In this document: positions 16,879 to 26,199 of the stretch, in pieces
How positions within the stretch are numbered: position 1 is the stretch's first letter
How the letters are laid out: every line of letters begins with the position of its first letter
Notes under the pieces: model-generated
Seen by the model: only the letters and a program-made list of their open reading frames with translations
Told to the model about the DNA's origin: nothing
The model's database searches: none
Origin: an uncultured Collinsella sp.
GTDB taxonomy: Bacteria; Actinomycetota; Coriobacteriia; Coriobacteriales; Coriobacteriaceae
Length of the DNA stretch: 64,000 nt
Reading direction: 5' to 3'
Assembly: GCA_902493145.1 (NCBI GenBank)
Contig: CABUOA010000003.1
Span: 6,635-70,634 of the forward strand
Made by a program: the position numbers and the translations under genes

Positions 16879-17949
16879 TCAACGACAAACCAAATGGATC
16901 CTGCTGGCATCAAAATGCATGCGCAGCGTCTCGCCTGCTTGCGGCAGCTCGTCGACAGGCATGCCCACTTTGTTGACCTTCCACTGCAGGCGCGTCGGCG
17001 CATCGGCACGCGGCACATCCAGCAGCACCAGGCGCTCAAAACGCGAATCGCTCACGCGGGCCACATGCAGATCGTAGCTGTTACGACCGCGCTCAGCGCG
17101 GTTGTCCACATGGAAATAGCTCGCACGAATACCCAGGTACGCCACATTATCGGGAACCTCACGGCCCACGTTGAAGGTCATGCCCCAGTCCAGGGCTTCA
17201 ACTTCCTGAAGCTCGATCTTGCGCGCGCGGCTCGTATTCTTGCAGCCCGTCAGACGCAGCGCAGCCAAGGTTTGCGGCCGGCGGACCACGTCCTCGACGG
17301 AGCCGATCTCCTCCACATGCCCGTTATGCATCACGCAAATGCGCTCGCACAGGCGGCATGCCTCGTCAATATCGTGGCTCACGTAGAGCACGGTACGGTT
17401 ACAGACGTCGAACAGGTCGAGCATGTTCTGCTCAAGCGCGCTCTTGAGATACGCGTCGAGCGCGCTCATGGGCTCGTCGAACATAAAAATGCCCGGGTGT
17501 GCCGCCACCATGCGAGCAAGCGCCACACGCTGCTGCTGGCCGCCCGAGAGGCGCGCGGGATAACGGTCGGCAAAGTCGGCCAGACCGAAAATGCCCAGAT
17601 AGCGCTCGGCGAGCTTTTTGCGCGCGGCGGCGTCGCCCGCATCCTTAACACCGGCGCATACGTTATCGGCCACCGTCATGTTGGGAAACAGCTGATAGTT
17701 CTGGAACAGCAGGGCGCATTTTCGCTCCTGGGGCGACAGGTTGATACCCGCCGCCGAGTCAAAAAAGGTCACGCCGTTGACGACGATCTCGCCCTCGTCG
17801 GGTGTCTCCACGCCGGCAATGCAGCGCAACGTGCAGCTCTTGCCGCAACCCGAGGCGCCCAGCAGCGCCACACGCTCCTCGCCGGCATCGAGCCGAATGT
17901 CGAGGGTAAAGCCCGGATAGCGCTTTTTGATATCCAGAACGAGCGACAT
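16879..17949 (-). CDS. modC: Molybdate ABC transporter ATP-binding protein
   Basis: Walker A GASGCGKS, signature [13 protein letters not shown], Walker B FMFDEP, and a C-terminal TOBE-like extension. Follows modA and modB. Confidence 0.85.
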   Translation of the reverse strand: MSLVLDIKKRYPGFTLDIRLDAGEERVALLGASGCGKSCTLRCIAGVETPDEGEIVVNGVTFFDSAAGINLSPQERKCALLFQNYQLFPNMTVADNVCAGVKDAGDAAARKKLAERYLGIFGLADFADRYPARLSGGQQQRVALARMVAAHPGIFMFDEPMSALDAYLKSALEQNMLDLFDVCNRTVLYVSHDIDEACRLCERICVMHNGHVEEIGSVEDVVRRPQTLAALRLTGCKNTSRARKIELQEVEALDWGMTFNVGREVPDNVAYLGIRASYFHVDNRAERGRNSYDLHVARVSDSRFERLVLLDVPRADAPTRLQWKVNKVGMPVDELPQAGETLRMHFDASRIHLVCR

Positions 17950-17952
17950 GGC

Positions 17953-19377
17953 TTATCGACCTCCCTTTGCGACCGCGCCATCGCGCATAAGCTCGGCCAG
18001 CGCCTCGCGATCGATACGCAAGGCATCACCGCCCACCGGGTCAAGCGAATCGCCCTGTCCGGCGAGCTCTTTGGCCTGCTTGCGCTCCGCACGGGAAAGG
18101 CCCCGCTCGCGATACTTTTGAGAATGCGCCGTGTACATGTTGATGAATAGGATGACCAGGAAGCTGAACGCTATTACGACCACGACCCAGAAGAGAGCCA
18201 CCGACGTATTGCCGCCCATCCACTCAAAGTAAATCGCAATGGGAATGGTCTGCGTAATGCCGGCGTAGTTGCCCGCAAAGAACAGCGTGCAGCCAAACTC
18301 GCCCATGGCACGCGCGAAGGCGAGCACCGTGCCGGCGGCAATCGAAGGCCAGCCAAGCGGCATCATAAGCTTGGTAAAGATGCGATGCTCGGACCATCCC
18401 AGGGTTCGCGCGGCGTCGAGCATCTGCGTGTCAAGGCTCTCGAAGGCTCCGAGCGCCGTGCGGTAGACCAGCGGAAACGACACAACGACAGCCGAAATGA
18501 CCGCCGCGGGCCAGGTAAAGACGATCGAGATGCCGTGCGCGATGAGCCATTGGCCCACCCCGGTCGAGCGGCCAAACAGCATGAGGAGCAGAAAGCCGCA
18601 GACCGTGGGCGGCAGCACCATAGGGATCGTAAAGACCGAATCGAGCAGGCCCTTGATGCGACTCGAGGTACCCATAGTCTTCCACGCGGCGAACAGGCCC
18701 AGTGCAAAGGCAATCACCAGGGCAAGGCCGCTCGTTTTGATAGACACCCAAAACGGGCGGTAGTCGATGCCGCCTAAAAAGGAGGCCAGAGAGGTCAAGG
18801 GCCCCTGCTCATCCCGCAACACGACAGACGATGCCTCTACCATTTGAGCGCTATCAAGCCAACGCGCGCCGCCCTTGGCATCACCCGAGGCCGATGCAAT
18901 CACCACATAGCGGTCCCCATCCGCACCACGCACATCAAAGCCATAGGTATACCCGCCGGCATCAAACGCTGTTTCCGCCGTGACATACCAAGGAAGATCA
19001 ACGTCCCCTAGCTGCGCACCTCCCATGGAGTTTGCGCTGTCGAGCTCGCAGACGAGGGCCTTGAGACCCGATACGCACTCGTTGTCCTGCGGATCCAATC
19101 CAAACTTCTCGACCGCCTTGGGCGATATCCACACCACAACGCGATCGGCAGCAGGCACCACTACAAGGTCCACGTCCTCGTCAACGGGAAACCGGAAGCC
19201 CTCAGGCTGGCCCTCCATGGCACGAGCGGTCCCCTTGGCCAACCGCTCAAAACCCTCGATCCCATAGGAAAGCCCATGAGCGGTCGCAGCAACCTGGGCC
19301 CCGTCCTCAGCGTCCCCAGCAAACGCAAATCCCGGCACCCAGCAAAGCGCGAAGGTCAAAGCACAGGCGACAAGCAT
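17953..19377 (-). CDS. modB: Molybdate ABC transporter permease ModB fused to a ~215-aa N-terminal extracytoplasmic domain
   Basis: The C-terminal half carries the ModB/CysTW EAA region (LDAARTLGWSEHRIFTKLMMPL). The N-terminus begins with the signal-like MLVACALTFALCWVPGFAFA. The start is uncertain; a GTG at 19464 is also possible. Confidence 0.75.
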   Translation of the reverse strand: MLVACALTFALCWVPGFAFAGDAEDGAQVAATAHGLSYGIEGFERLAKGTARAMEGQPEGFRFPVDEDVDLVVVPAADRVVVWISPKAVEKFGLDPQDNECVSGLKALVCELDSANSMGGAQLGDVDLPWYVTAETAFDAGGYTYGFDVRGADGDRYVVIASASGDAKGGARWLDSAQMVEASSVVLRDEQGPLTSLASFLGGIDYRPFWVSIKTSGLALVIAFALGLFAAWKTMGTSSRIKGLLDSVFTIPMVLPPTVCGFLLLMLFGRSTGVGQWLIAHGISIVFTWPAAVISAVVVSFPLVYRTALGAFESLDTQMLDAARTLGWSEHRIFTKLMMPLGWPSIAAGTVLAFARAMGEFGCTLFFAGNYAGITQTIPIAIYFEWMGGNTSVALFWVVVVIAFSFLVILFINMYTAHSQKYRERGLSRAERKQAKELAGQGDSLDPVGGDALRIDREALAELMRDGAVAKGGR

Positions 19378-19463
19378 GCGGAATCTATTAAGCACGAAAA
19401 GCTCCAAGCGAATACAAGGACGGAGTGAAACACAAAACGATGGAATTATCGCGCCAAGCCGCA

Positions 19464-20345
19464 CTACGCGGAAAGCTCAAAGCCGTACTTAGCCCAAATC
19501 TTCTGAGCCTTCTTGTTGGACAGGCAAAAGTCGATGAACGCCTTAGCCTCGTCGGCATGCTCGGAGCTCTCGGCAACGGCGCCCGGATACACGATGGGCT
19601 TGTGCGAGTCCTCGGGGCACACGAAGGCCTCCTCGATGCCGTTGTAGCGGTAGATGTCAGAGCTGTAGACAAAACCGGCAACGCAGTCGCCTGTAGACAC
19701 ATAGGCGGCGGCGGTACCAACTTTGTCTGCCAGTGCGACCTTGTCGGCGATCTCGGGCGCATACTCGCCGTCGTCGCCCTCGGTGCCGGTATAGAGGCCC
19801 ACAGAAGCCAGCGCCTGGTTGGCGTACTTGCCGGCGGGAACGGTCTTGGCGTCGCCAATGGCGATCTTGCCGTCCAGATTCGCGACGTCGGCGATGGCCT
19901 CGACCTTGGTGTCGGAGCCCTCGGCACGAATGATCACGAGGTCGTTGACGAACATATCCTCACGCGTGTCGGCATCGACGAGCTCGACGGTCTCAGCGTC
20001 ATCCATGGTGCCCTTGGAAGCGGTGATGAGCACGTCGACCGTGGCACCGGCACGCATCTGCTCAACGAGGTCGCCGGACGCCTTAAACTGCGTGTCGGCA
20101 AAGGTGGTACCGGTCTGCTCGGTGTAGAGCTTCTGAACCTCAGGCAAAGCCTTCTCGAGCGAGTTGGCAGCAAAGACCTGCAGCTCGACGGTTTCCTTCT
20201 TGGAAGAGGCCTTGGCGGAGCCGGCATCGGAGCCGGTCGCCTCAGGCTCCTTGTTGCCGGAGCAGCCGGCAAGCCCAAGGCCGGCAGCGGCGACAGTAGA
20301 GAGCGAGACGAATCCGCGGCGAGAAACCATATCGAACATGTTCAA
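19464..20345 (-). CDS. modA: Molybdate ABC transporter substrate-binding lipoprotein
   Basis: SRRGF...LAGCSG signal and lipobox. FAANSL, ASGDL and VLITASK are ModA-type motifs. Confidence 0.85.
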   Translation of the reverse strand: MNMFDMVSRRGFVSLSTVAAAGLGLAGCSGNKEPEATGSDAGSAKASSKKETVELQVFAANSLEKALPEVQKLYTEQTGTTFADTQFKASGDLVEQMRAGATVDVLITASKGTMDDAETVELVDADTREDMFVNDLVIIRAEGSDTKVEAIADVANLDGKIAIGDAKTVPAGKYANQALASVGLYTGTEGDDGEYAPEIADKVALADKVGTAAAYVSTGDCVAGFVYSSDIYRYNGIEEAFVCPEDSHKPIVYPGAVAESSEHADEAKAFIDFCLSNKKAQKIWAKYGFELSA

Positions 20346-20493
20346 CCCTTTCGGACCTTGTGCCCGGGTACCCCACCGCGGGCTTTATTCTGTAATTAAA
20401 TTATACTTCGGTGCGAATAATGATTATGAGAAATTATTCTCTTCTGAGAATATAGCTTCAGGCATGCCTACAGAATGCCGTCCCCTTGGGCGC

Positions 20494-20529
20494 AAATAAA
20501 AAGCGGAGCAGCCGTTCAGGTCGCTCCGC
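20494..20529 (-). terminator. Rho-independent terminator after mogA
   Basis: On the minus strand, GCGGAGC-N13-GCTCCGC is followed by TTTTTATTT. Confidence 0.75.
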
Positions 20530-20543
20530 CGCAGGTAAATCGC

Positions 20544-21023
20544 TTAGTTGGTATGTCCGCCGCCCGCTGTCATCTGAGCCGCATGCTCCAGCTGGTCCGC
20601 TATGGCCTCCCAGCTTTCGCGAGCGGCCTTCGTAGAACCGGGAAAGTTTACGACAAGTGTATGACCTCGTTGCATGCAAATAGCGCGCGAGAGCATGGCG
20701 CGGCGCGTCTTGGTCATCGAGTACGCACGGATCGCCTCGGCAATACCCGGCACCTCGCGATCGCAGACGGCACGCGTCGCCTCGGGCGTCACATCGCGCA
20801 TCGAAAGCCCCGTGCCGCCGCAGGTGAGCACGACATTGGCGTGGCACTCATCGGCGGCTTCCACAATAGCATCACCAATCTCGCTGACGTCATCGCGCAC
20901 GACCACATGCGAGGCGACCGTCCATCCCTGCGCCTCGATAAGCTCCTCGAGTGCGGCACCGGCCTCGTCCTGGGCAAGGTCCCGCGTATCCGAACACGTC
21001 ACGATCGATATCTTCAGCTCCAT
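20544..21023 (-). CDS. mogA: MogA/MoaB-family molybdenum cofactor biosynthesis protein
   Basis: Starts at MELKISIVTCSDTR. LTCGGTGLSMRDVTPEA motif. Confidence 0.85.
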   Translation of the reverse strand: MELKISIVTCSDTRDLAQDEAGAALEELIEAQGWTVASHVVVRDDVSEIGDAIVEAADECHANVVLTCGGTGLSMRDVTPEATRAVCDREVPGIAEAIRAYSMTKTRRAMLSRAICMQRGHTLVVNFPGSTKAARESWEAIADQLEHAAQMTAGGGHTN

Positions 21024-21033
21024 AGCATTCCTC

Positions 21034-22296
21034 CTACAACACGGCGCCCTCAGGCAGGTCGACACGCACGACATCCACGACGTCGCCCGCCTTGAGCTCG
21101 CACGGACCTTCGTCAATACGCAACAGGCAGTTGGCCCGCTGCATCGTGCCGAGCAACGCCGAATTCTGCGTCTTGGCCTCGGTCACCAACAGCTCACCGG
21201 TCTCGGAGTCGCGCAAAACCGTGGCGCGATCGAAGAAGCGGCGATGCTGTCGCTTTTTCACGCCGTGCGTGAGCGTCGCCTGCTGCACGGGACGCGCCCC
21301 CTCGGCAAAACCGCGCATCTTGCGAATCGCCGGGCGCGCGAGCATCTCAAAGCCCACATACGCCGCCGCGGGATTGCCCGAAAGCCCCAGATACGGCTTG
21401 CCGCCGAGCAAGCCAAACGTGATGGCCTTGCCCGGACGCATCGAGATGCGGTCAAACAGCACCTCGCCCTCGCGCCGGACGAGCGCCGTCACGAAATCGT
21501 AATCGCCCGCCGAGGCGCCACCGCTCGTAATGACAAAATCGCACTCCTGCACGGCACGATGCACCAGCTCGGCAATCGCCTGCTCATCATCGGGCGCAAT
21601 GCCGTAGAACACGGGCTCGGCTCCTGCATCGAGCGCCTCGGCCATCAACGCCGACGAGTTGGAATCGCGAATCTGACCGCGCGCCGGTACCTTACTCGGC
21701 GTGACCAGTTCCGTCCCCAGCGAGATAATGCCCACGCGCGGAGCGGCATGCACCTTCACGCTCGCATACCCGGCGCTCGCCAACAAGCCGGCGCCCGCCG
21801 GAGCCACGACCTCGCCGGCGTGCATCACAACATCGCCGGCATGGGCCTCCTCGGCGGCAGAGCGAACGTTCTCCCCTACCTTGGCAGGCGCCGAGAACCT
21901 CACACGCGAACCCTCGTTGCCGTCACCGACGAGCACATCGACGATCTCATACTTCACCACGGCATCGGCACCTTCGGGTACCGGCGCGCCCGTCATGATG
22001 CGGACCGTCTCGCCCGCGCCGATTGTGCCCTCAAACACATGGCCCGCAGCCTCGTGTCCGATAACGTCGAGCGTCACCGGCGCCTCGCCAGATGCCTGCG
22101 CCAAGTCCGCCGAGCGCACGGCATATCCGTCCATAGCGCTGTTGGCAAACGGCGAGATGTCGATATCGGCCACCGCATCCTCTGCCAAGGGAAGACCGGC
22201 GGCCTGCCACACGGGAATCTCGACGACTTCGGTGCGATTCACGTGCGACAAGACGATCGCCTGCGCGTCCTCCAACGGAATGAGTTTCTCAGCCAT
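21034..22296 (-). CDS. moeA: Molybdopterin molybdenumtransferase MoeA
   Basis: Starts at MAEKLIPLEDA. SPFANSAMDGYAV, ITSGGASAGDYDF and LSGNPAAA motifs. Confidence 0.9.
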   Translation of the reverse strand: MAEKLIPLEDAQAIVLSHVNRTEVVEIPVWQAAGLPLAEDAVADIDISPFANSAMDGYAVRSADLAQASGEAPVTLDVIGHEAAGHVFEGTIGAGETVRIMTGAPVPEGADAVVKYEIVDVLVGDGNEGSRVRFSAPAKVGENVRSAAEEAHAGDVVMHAGEVVAPAGAGLLASAGYASVKVHAAPRVGIISLGTELVTPSKVPARGQIRDSNSSALMAEALDAGAEPVFYGIAPDDEQAIAELVHRAVQECDFVITSGGASAGDYDFVTALVRREGEVLFDRISMRPGKAITFGLLGGKPYLGLSGNPAAAYVGFEMLARPAIRKMRGFAEGARPVQQATLTHGVKKRQHRRFFDRATVLRDSETGELLVTEAKTQNSALLGTMQRANCLLRIDEGPCELKAGDVVDVVRVDLPEGAVL

Positions 22297-22507
22297 ATAC
22301 ACCTCTAGCATGCTGCGGCGCGCAACAAAAGCGCCGATTCTTTATGTTTCTCTCAGTATAATCCCCCGACGCCTGCTCAAGACCTGGCCCGCGGCCGCGA
22401 ATACATCTGTCGGCCGCAAGCCGCGAAACAAAACCAAAACCAACCTGCCGGTTTGTCACGTATGGCACGTTCTATAATGCTCGTGTTGCAACCCAAAAGA
22501 GGAACGT

Positions 22508-23929
22508 ATGGCTTTTACCGACAAACCCGAAAGCGCAAACGAGGCGCAGGATCATTCCCAGTCGCTCGACGACGGCGGCTTTTTCTCCCTTAATGACGTC
22601 ATCATGGCAGGCAGGCAACAGCTCACCCGCTCCGAGCATCTCTTGGCTGCCGACACGCGCCGCAACGCCCGCAACCTACTCGCGAGCGCCAAGTTGCTCG
22701 CGCTCGTCGTCATCGTCTCGCTCGCCATGGGCGTTGCCGCTTGGGCGTTTTTGGCCTCGCTGAATATCGCGACCGACTATCGCGAGCACCACGCGTGGGT
22801 CTACGCATTGCTTCCCGTTGTGGGCATTGCCACCGCATGGGTGTACAAAAACCACGGCCTTGCTGCCAAACGAGGCAACAACCTGGTCATCGACTCCGCT
22901 CTGGGCACACGCCTCATCCATATGCGCATGGCCGTCCTCACCTTCGTCTGCTCCACGCTCACGCACCTAACGGGCGGATCTGCCGGTCGCGAGGGGGCCG
23001 CGGTGCAGATTGGCGGCACCATCGCCAGCAACATCTCGAACCTCGCCCACCTCAAAAAACATGACCACCACGACCTCATGCTCGCCGGCATCTCGTCGGC
23101 CTTTGGCGCCGTATTCGGCTCGCCCCTTGCTGGAGCTTTCTTTGGCATGGAGATGTGCTTTATCGGCAAGATCGACTACACCGCGGGCATCTACTGCCTG
23201 GTCGCCTCGTTTACCGGCTACTTTACGTCGCTTGCCTTGGGAACCGAGTACGAGGCGAATGTCATCGCCAGCGTTCCCAACATGACACCACGGACGGTTG
23301 TCATCGTTGTTATCAGCGCCATTATCTTCGGCCTGACGGCACGCCTCTTTGCCTGGTCGGTTCGAACCGTCAAAAGCCTGTACGGTCGCTTTATCACCAA
23401 TTACCTCGTCCGCGCACTCATAGGCGCACTCGTGGTTTTGGCCGCCTATGCCCTCCTCGATGCCTGGGACTACGCCGGCCTTTCCACGTGGCTTTCCGGC
23501 GCAGGATTTGCAGGTAACACCACCCTGGCGGACGCAGCCATCAAGTTGGTCGTCACAGCGCTTACCCTGGGCGCGGGCTTCCAAGGCGGCGAGGTCACGC
23601 CCCTGTTTGGCATCGGTGCGGCACTCGGTGGCTGGATCGGTTGCCTTACCGGGCTTGACCCCAGTTTTCTGGCGGCTCTCGGCATGCTCGGCGTGTTCTG
23701 CGCCGGCCTCAACGTGCCCATCACCACCTGCATGATGGCCATCGACCTGTTCCACGGCACGGCCGCCGGGTTCTTTGTCATCGTGGCCTTTATCAGCTAC
23801 CTAACCGGCGGACACCGCGGCGTGTACCCTGCCCAGCGCATCATCTCACCCAAGCGCCGTTCGCTTATTGTGGATGAGGGCGGTACGGTAGCGGATGCTA
23901 TCGAGCGCCACAACGACCTGATAGAGTAG
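22508..23929 (+). CDS. Voltage-gated chloride channel (ClC) family protein
   Basis: 473 aa, polytopic. GSAGREGAAVQIGG, GSPLAGAFFGMEM and GFQGGEVTPLF selectivity-filter-like motifs. Confidence 0.85.
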   Translation: MAFTDKPESANEAQDHSQSLDDGGFFSLNDVIMAGRQQLTRSEHLLAADTRRNARNLLASAKLLALVVIVSLAMGVAAWAFLASLNIATDYREHHAWVYALLPVVGIATAWVYKNHGLAAKRGNNLVIDSALGTRLIHMRMAVLTFVCSTLTHLTGGSAGREGAAVQIGGTIASNISNLAHLKKHDHHDLMLAGISSAFGAVFGSPLAGAFFGMEMCFIGKIDYTAGIYCLVASFTGYFTSLALGTEYEANVIASVPNMTPRTVVIVVISAIIFGLTARLFAWSVRTVKSLYGRFITNYLVRALIGALVVLAAYALLDAWDYAGLSTWLSGAGFAGNTTLADAAIKLVVTALTLGAGFQGGEVTPLFGIGAALGGWIGCLTGLDPSFLAALGMLGVFCAGLNVPITTCMMAIDLFHGTAAGFFVIVAFISYLTGGHRGVYPAQRIISPKRRSLIVDEGGTVADAIERHNDLIE

Positions 23930-23991
23930 ATGTAATAATCGCCGTGCAGCCACAATCGGGGGCAATTCGACCTGAGCGCGACCGCACCGTC

Positions 23992-24978
23992 ATGCCACAC
24001 GCCGGGAGTCGCCCCATGCACGCAACTGATTTTGGCCGCACGCTCATCATCGCCAACCCCGCCGCCCAGTCGGGCGCCGCGCGCGAGGTTGCCGAGCGCC
24101 TGCAGCGCTTTTTGGATATGACCGCGCGCGCATCCCAGTTTGACCTGGTGCTAACCGAGCACATGGGACACGCCAAGGAGCTTGCCGCACAGGCTCAGGG
24201 CTATCGCACCGTTATCGCACTCGGCGGCGACGGCGTGATCCACGAAGTCGTCAACGGGCTTATGACGCAAAAGGAGGACGCCCGCCCCGCTCTTTCCGTC
24301 CTGCCCGTGGGCTCCGGCAACGATTTTGCCCAGGCGCTCGATATCGAAGATTTCTCCGGCAAGGATTTTGGTGCGCTACTCACCTGTGAGCTGCAGCGTC
24401 AGGACATCGGGCGGATTCGCTCATGGAACCCCGCAAGCGGCAGCGGCGATGCGATCGTCGAGTATTACGACCAGACGCTCTCCGTCGGTATTGATGCCGC
24501 CATCGGCCTTGGCACCACCGAGCTGCGCAAAAAGACCGGCTTGACGGGTGCTCCGCTCTACACCCTTTCGGGACTTGAGCAGTTTGGCCTGCGCTATCGC
24601 AGCTACCCCATGACAGTCAGCTTTGACGGCGCGCCCGCCGAGCGCGTGAGGGCGATCATCATGGCGATTCAGCTTGGTCCTACCTATGGCTCGGGCTATC
24701 GCATCTGCCCCGATGCCGACCCCTGCGACGGCATGCTCGACGTCTGCTACGCCTGCGGCCCCGTCCCTCGCGCGGTAGCCCTGCCTATGTTCCTTTCGGC
24801 CAAGGACGGCCACCATACCAAGTTGCCACCGGTTCGCATGCGCCGCTGCCGCCATGCCGAGCTAACTTTTGAGGAGCCCGACTACCCCATCCAGGCCGAC
24901 GGCGAGCCCATCGTCGCCTCGCGCATCGAAGTCGACATCCTACCCGGCGCCCTCCAAGCCTGGCACCCCACCCGCTAG
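23992..24978 (+). CDS. Diacylglycerol kinase-family lipid kinase (YegS/DagK-like)
   Basis: LIIANPAAQSG, ALGGDGVIHEVVNGL and LPVGSGNDFA. The start is uncertain (GTG 23944, ATG 23992 or ATG 24016). Confidence 0.8.
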   Translation: MPHAGSRPMHATDFGRTLIIANPAAQSGAAREVAERLQRFLDMTARASQFDLVLTEHMGHAKELAAQAQGYRTVIALGGDGVIHEVVNGLMTQKEDARPALSVLPVGSGNDFAQALDIEDFSGKDFGALLTCELQRQDIGRIRSWNPASGSGDAIVEYYDQTLSVGIDAAIGLGTTELRKKTGLTGAPLYTLSGLEQFGLRYRSYPMTVSFDGAPAERVRAIIMAIQLGPTYGSGYRICPDADPCDGMLDVCYACGPVPRAVALPMFLSAKDGHHTKLPPVRMRRCRHAELTFEEPDYPIQADGEPIVASRIEVDILPGALQAWHPTR

Positions 24979-24999
24979 CAAGACCAGCGAAACAATCGG

Positions 25000-25380
25000 C
25001 TACTCGTCGCTCCCCGGCTTGCGACGGTTGGCCTTTTTAATCGCGTTGAAGTGCTTGTCATTGAGCCTGCGCTGGCGAGAGCGCAGAGGCACCTTAGTCA
25101 TTACGCGTCGGCGCGGTGGACGCCCGCGACGCTTCAGCTCAGCGCGCAGCTTACGCAGGCAGCTCGCGCGATTCTGAAACTGACTACGGCTCTCGCGCGC
25201 CGTCACAACAATCCCCGTGGGCCCATGCTTCATACGCACCGCCGAGTCCGTCGTGTTCACGCCCTGTCCGCCCGGACCTGTCGCGCGAAACACCTGAACC
25301 TCGCAGTCGCGTGCCAACCTCTCGACCGACATCTCGGCATAGCGCGCATACTCGCGCCATCCCATCTTGTTCTCGTCCAT
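25000..25380 (-). CDS. arfB: Alternative ribosome-rescue factor ArfB / RF-1-domain peptidyl-tRNA hydrolase
   Basis: [17 protein letters not shown] motif plus a basic C-terminal tail. Starts at MDENKMGW. Confidence 0.8.
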   Translation of the reverse strand: MDENKMGWREYARYAEMSVERLARDCEVQVFRATGPGGQGVNTTDSAVRMKHGPTGIVVTARESRSQFQNRASCLRKLRAELKRRGRPPRRRVMTKVPLRSRQRRLNDKHFNAIKKANRRKPGSDE

Positions 25381-25463
25381 ATCAGCACCTCCCCTCATAC
25401 AAAAAATGTGACAAAGGGAAAGTCCCTTTGTCACATCGCATACCAATCGCTTGTGTTGCGCGC

Positions 25464-26042
25464 TTAGGCGAAGGTGATCTCGCCGGTGTCGCAGTCCATA
25501 TCGGCGATACGGGCCAGGCTCTCAACGCGGAAGCCGCGCTCGCGGAGCTTATCGCCACCGCCTTGGAAGCCCTTCTCCACCGCGATGCCAATGCCGGCAA
25601 CCTCGGCACCCGCAGCCTCGCAGATCTTGATAAGACCCTCGAGTGCGCAGCCGTTGGCCAGGAAGTCGTCGATAATCAGGACCTTGTCGCCCTCGGACAG
25701 GAAGCGCTTGCCAACGATGACCGGGTACTCCTTCTGCTTGGTAAAGGAGTAGATGGTCGTGGCATACTGCTCGCCGTCGAGGTTGATGGACTGCGCCTTC
25801 TTGGCAAAGACCACCGGCACGCCGCCAAAATGCTGGGCTGCAATACAAGCCATGCCAATGCCCGAAGCCTCGATCGTCAGGATCTTGTTGATCTCGACGC
25901 CCTCGAACAGACGGGCCCACTCGGCGCCCATGTGGTCGAACAGCTCAACGTCGCATTGGTGGTTGAGGAAGGCATCAACCTTAAGGACGTTACCGGCCTT
26001 TACGATGCCGTCATGGCGAATACGATCCTCAAGCTCCTGCAT
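25464..26042 (-). CDS. xpt: Xanthine phosphoribosyltransferase
   Basis: 192 aa. [16 protein letters not shown] and [15 protein letters not shown]-binding motifs. Confidence 0.9.
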   Translation of the reverse strand: MQELEDRIRHDGIVKAGNVLKVDAFLNHQCDVELFDHMGAEWARLFEGVEINKILTIEASGIGMACIAAQHFGGVPVVFAKKAQSINLDGEQYATTIYSFTKQKEYPVIVGKRFLSEGDKVLIIDDFLANGCALEGLIKICEAAGAEVAGIGIAVEKGFQGGGDKLRERGFRVESLARIADMDCDTGEITFA

Positions 26043-26199
26043 GGCGCAACCCCTTCTCGCGGCAACGATACCGCGCGATTAATAAACGTTGTTCGATAGT
26101 CTACCACGGACCGACCCCCGCCCGCCCCACAAGCCGCATCGCACCACAAACGAGTCTTTTTGAGACGGCGCGAATCGTGGCAGACAGCCTCCCAACACG

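Noticed and set aside
16698-17039. 113-aa minus-strand ORF spanning the modC 3' end and the operon leader.
   Set aside because: Its first two-thirds overlap modC in another frame. The remainder is the A/T-rich palindromic leader, and there is no ribosome-binding site.
22297-22507. Fluoride (crcB) riboswitch upstream of the ClC gene, or a Moco riboswitch upstream of moeA.
   Set aside because: Neither set of conserved elements, as I recall them, is present: the GAUGG...GUUC...CUGAUGAU-type core of the fluoride motif, or the long multi-stem Moco architecture with its GGAAAGG-type terminus. A covariance-model scan would settle it.
26043-26199. Purine/guanine riboswitch expected upstream of xpt.
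   Set aside because: The minus-strand leader lacks the conserved elements of the purine aptamer as I recall them (a UAUAAU-type junction, a UUUCUACC-type junction and the P2/P3 loop-loop motifs).
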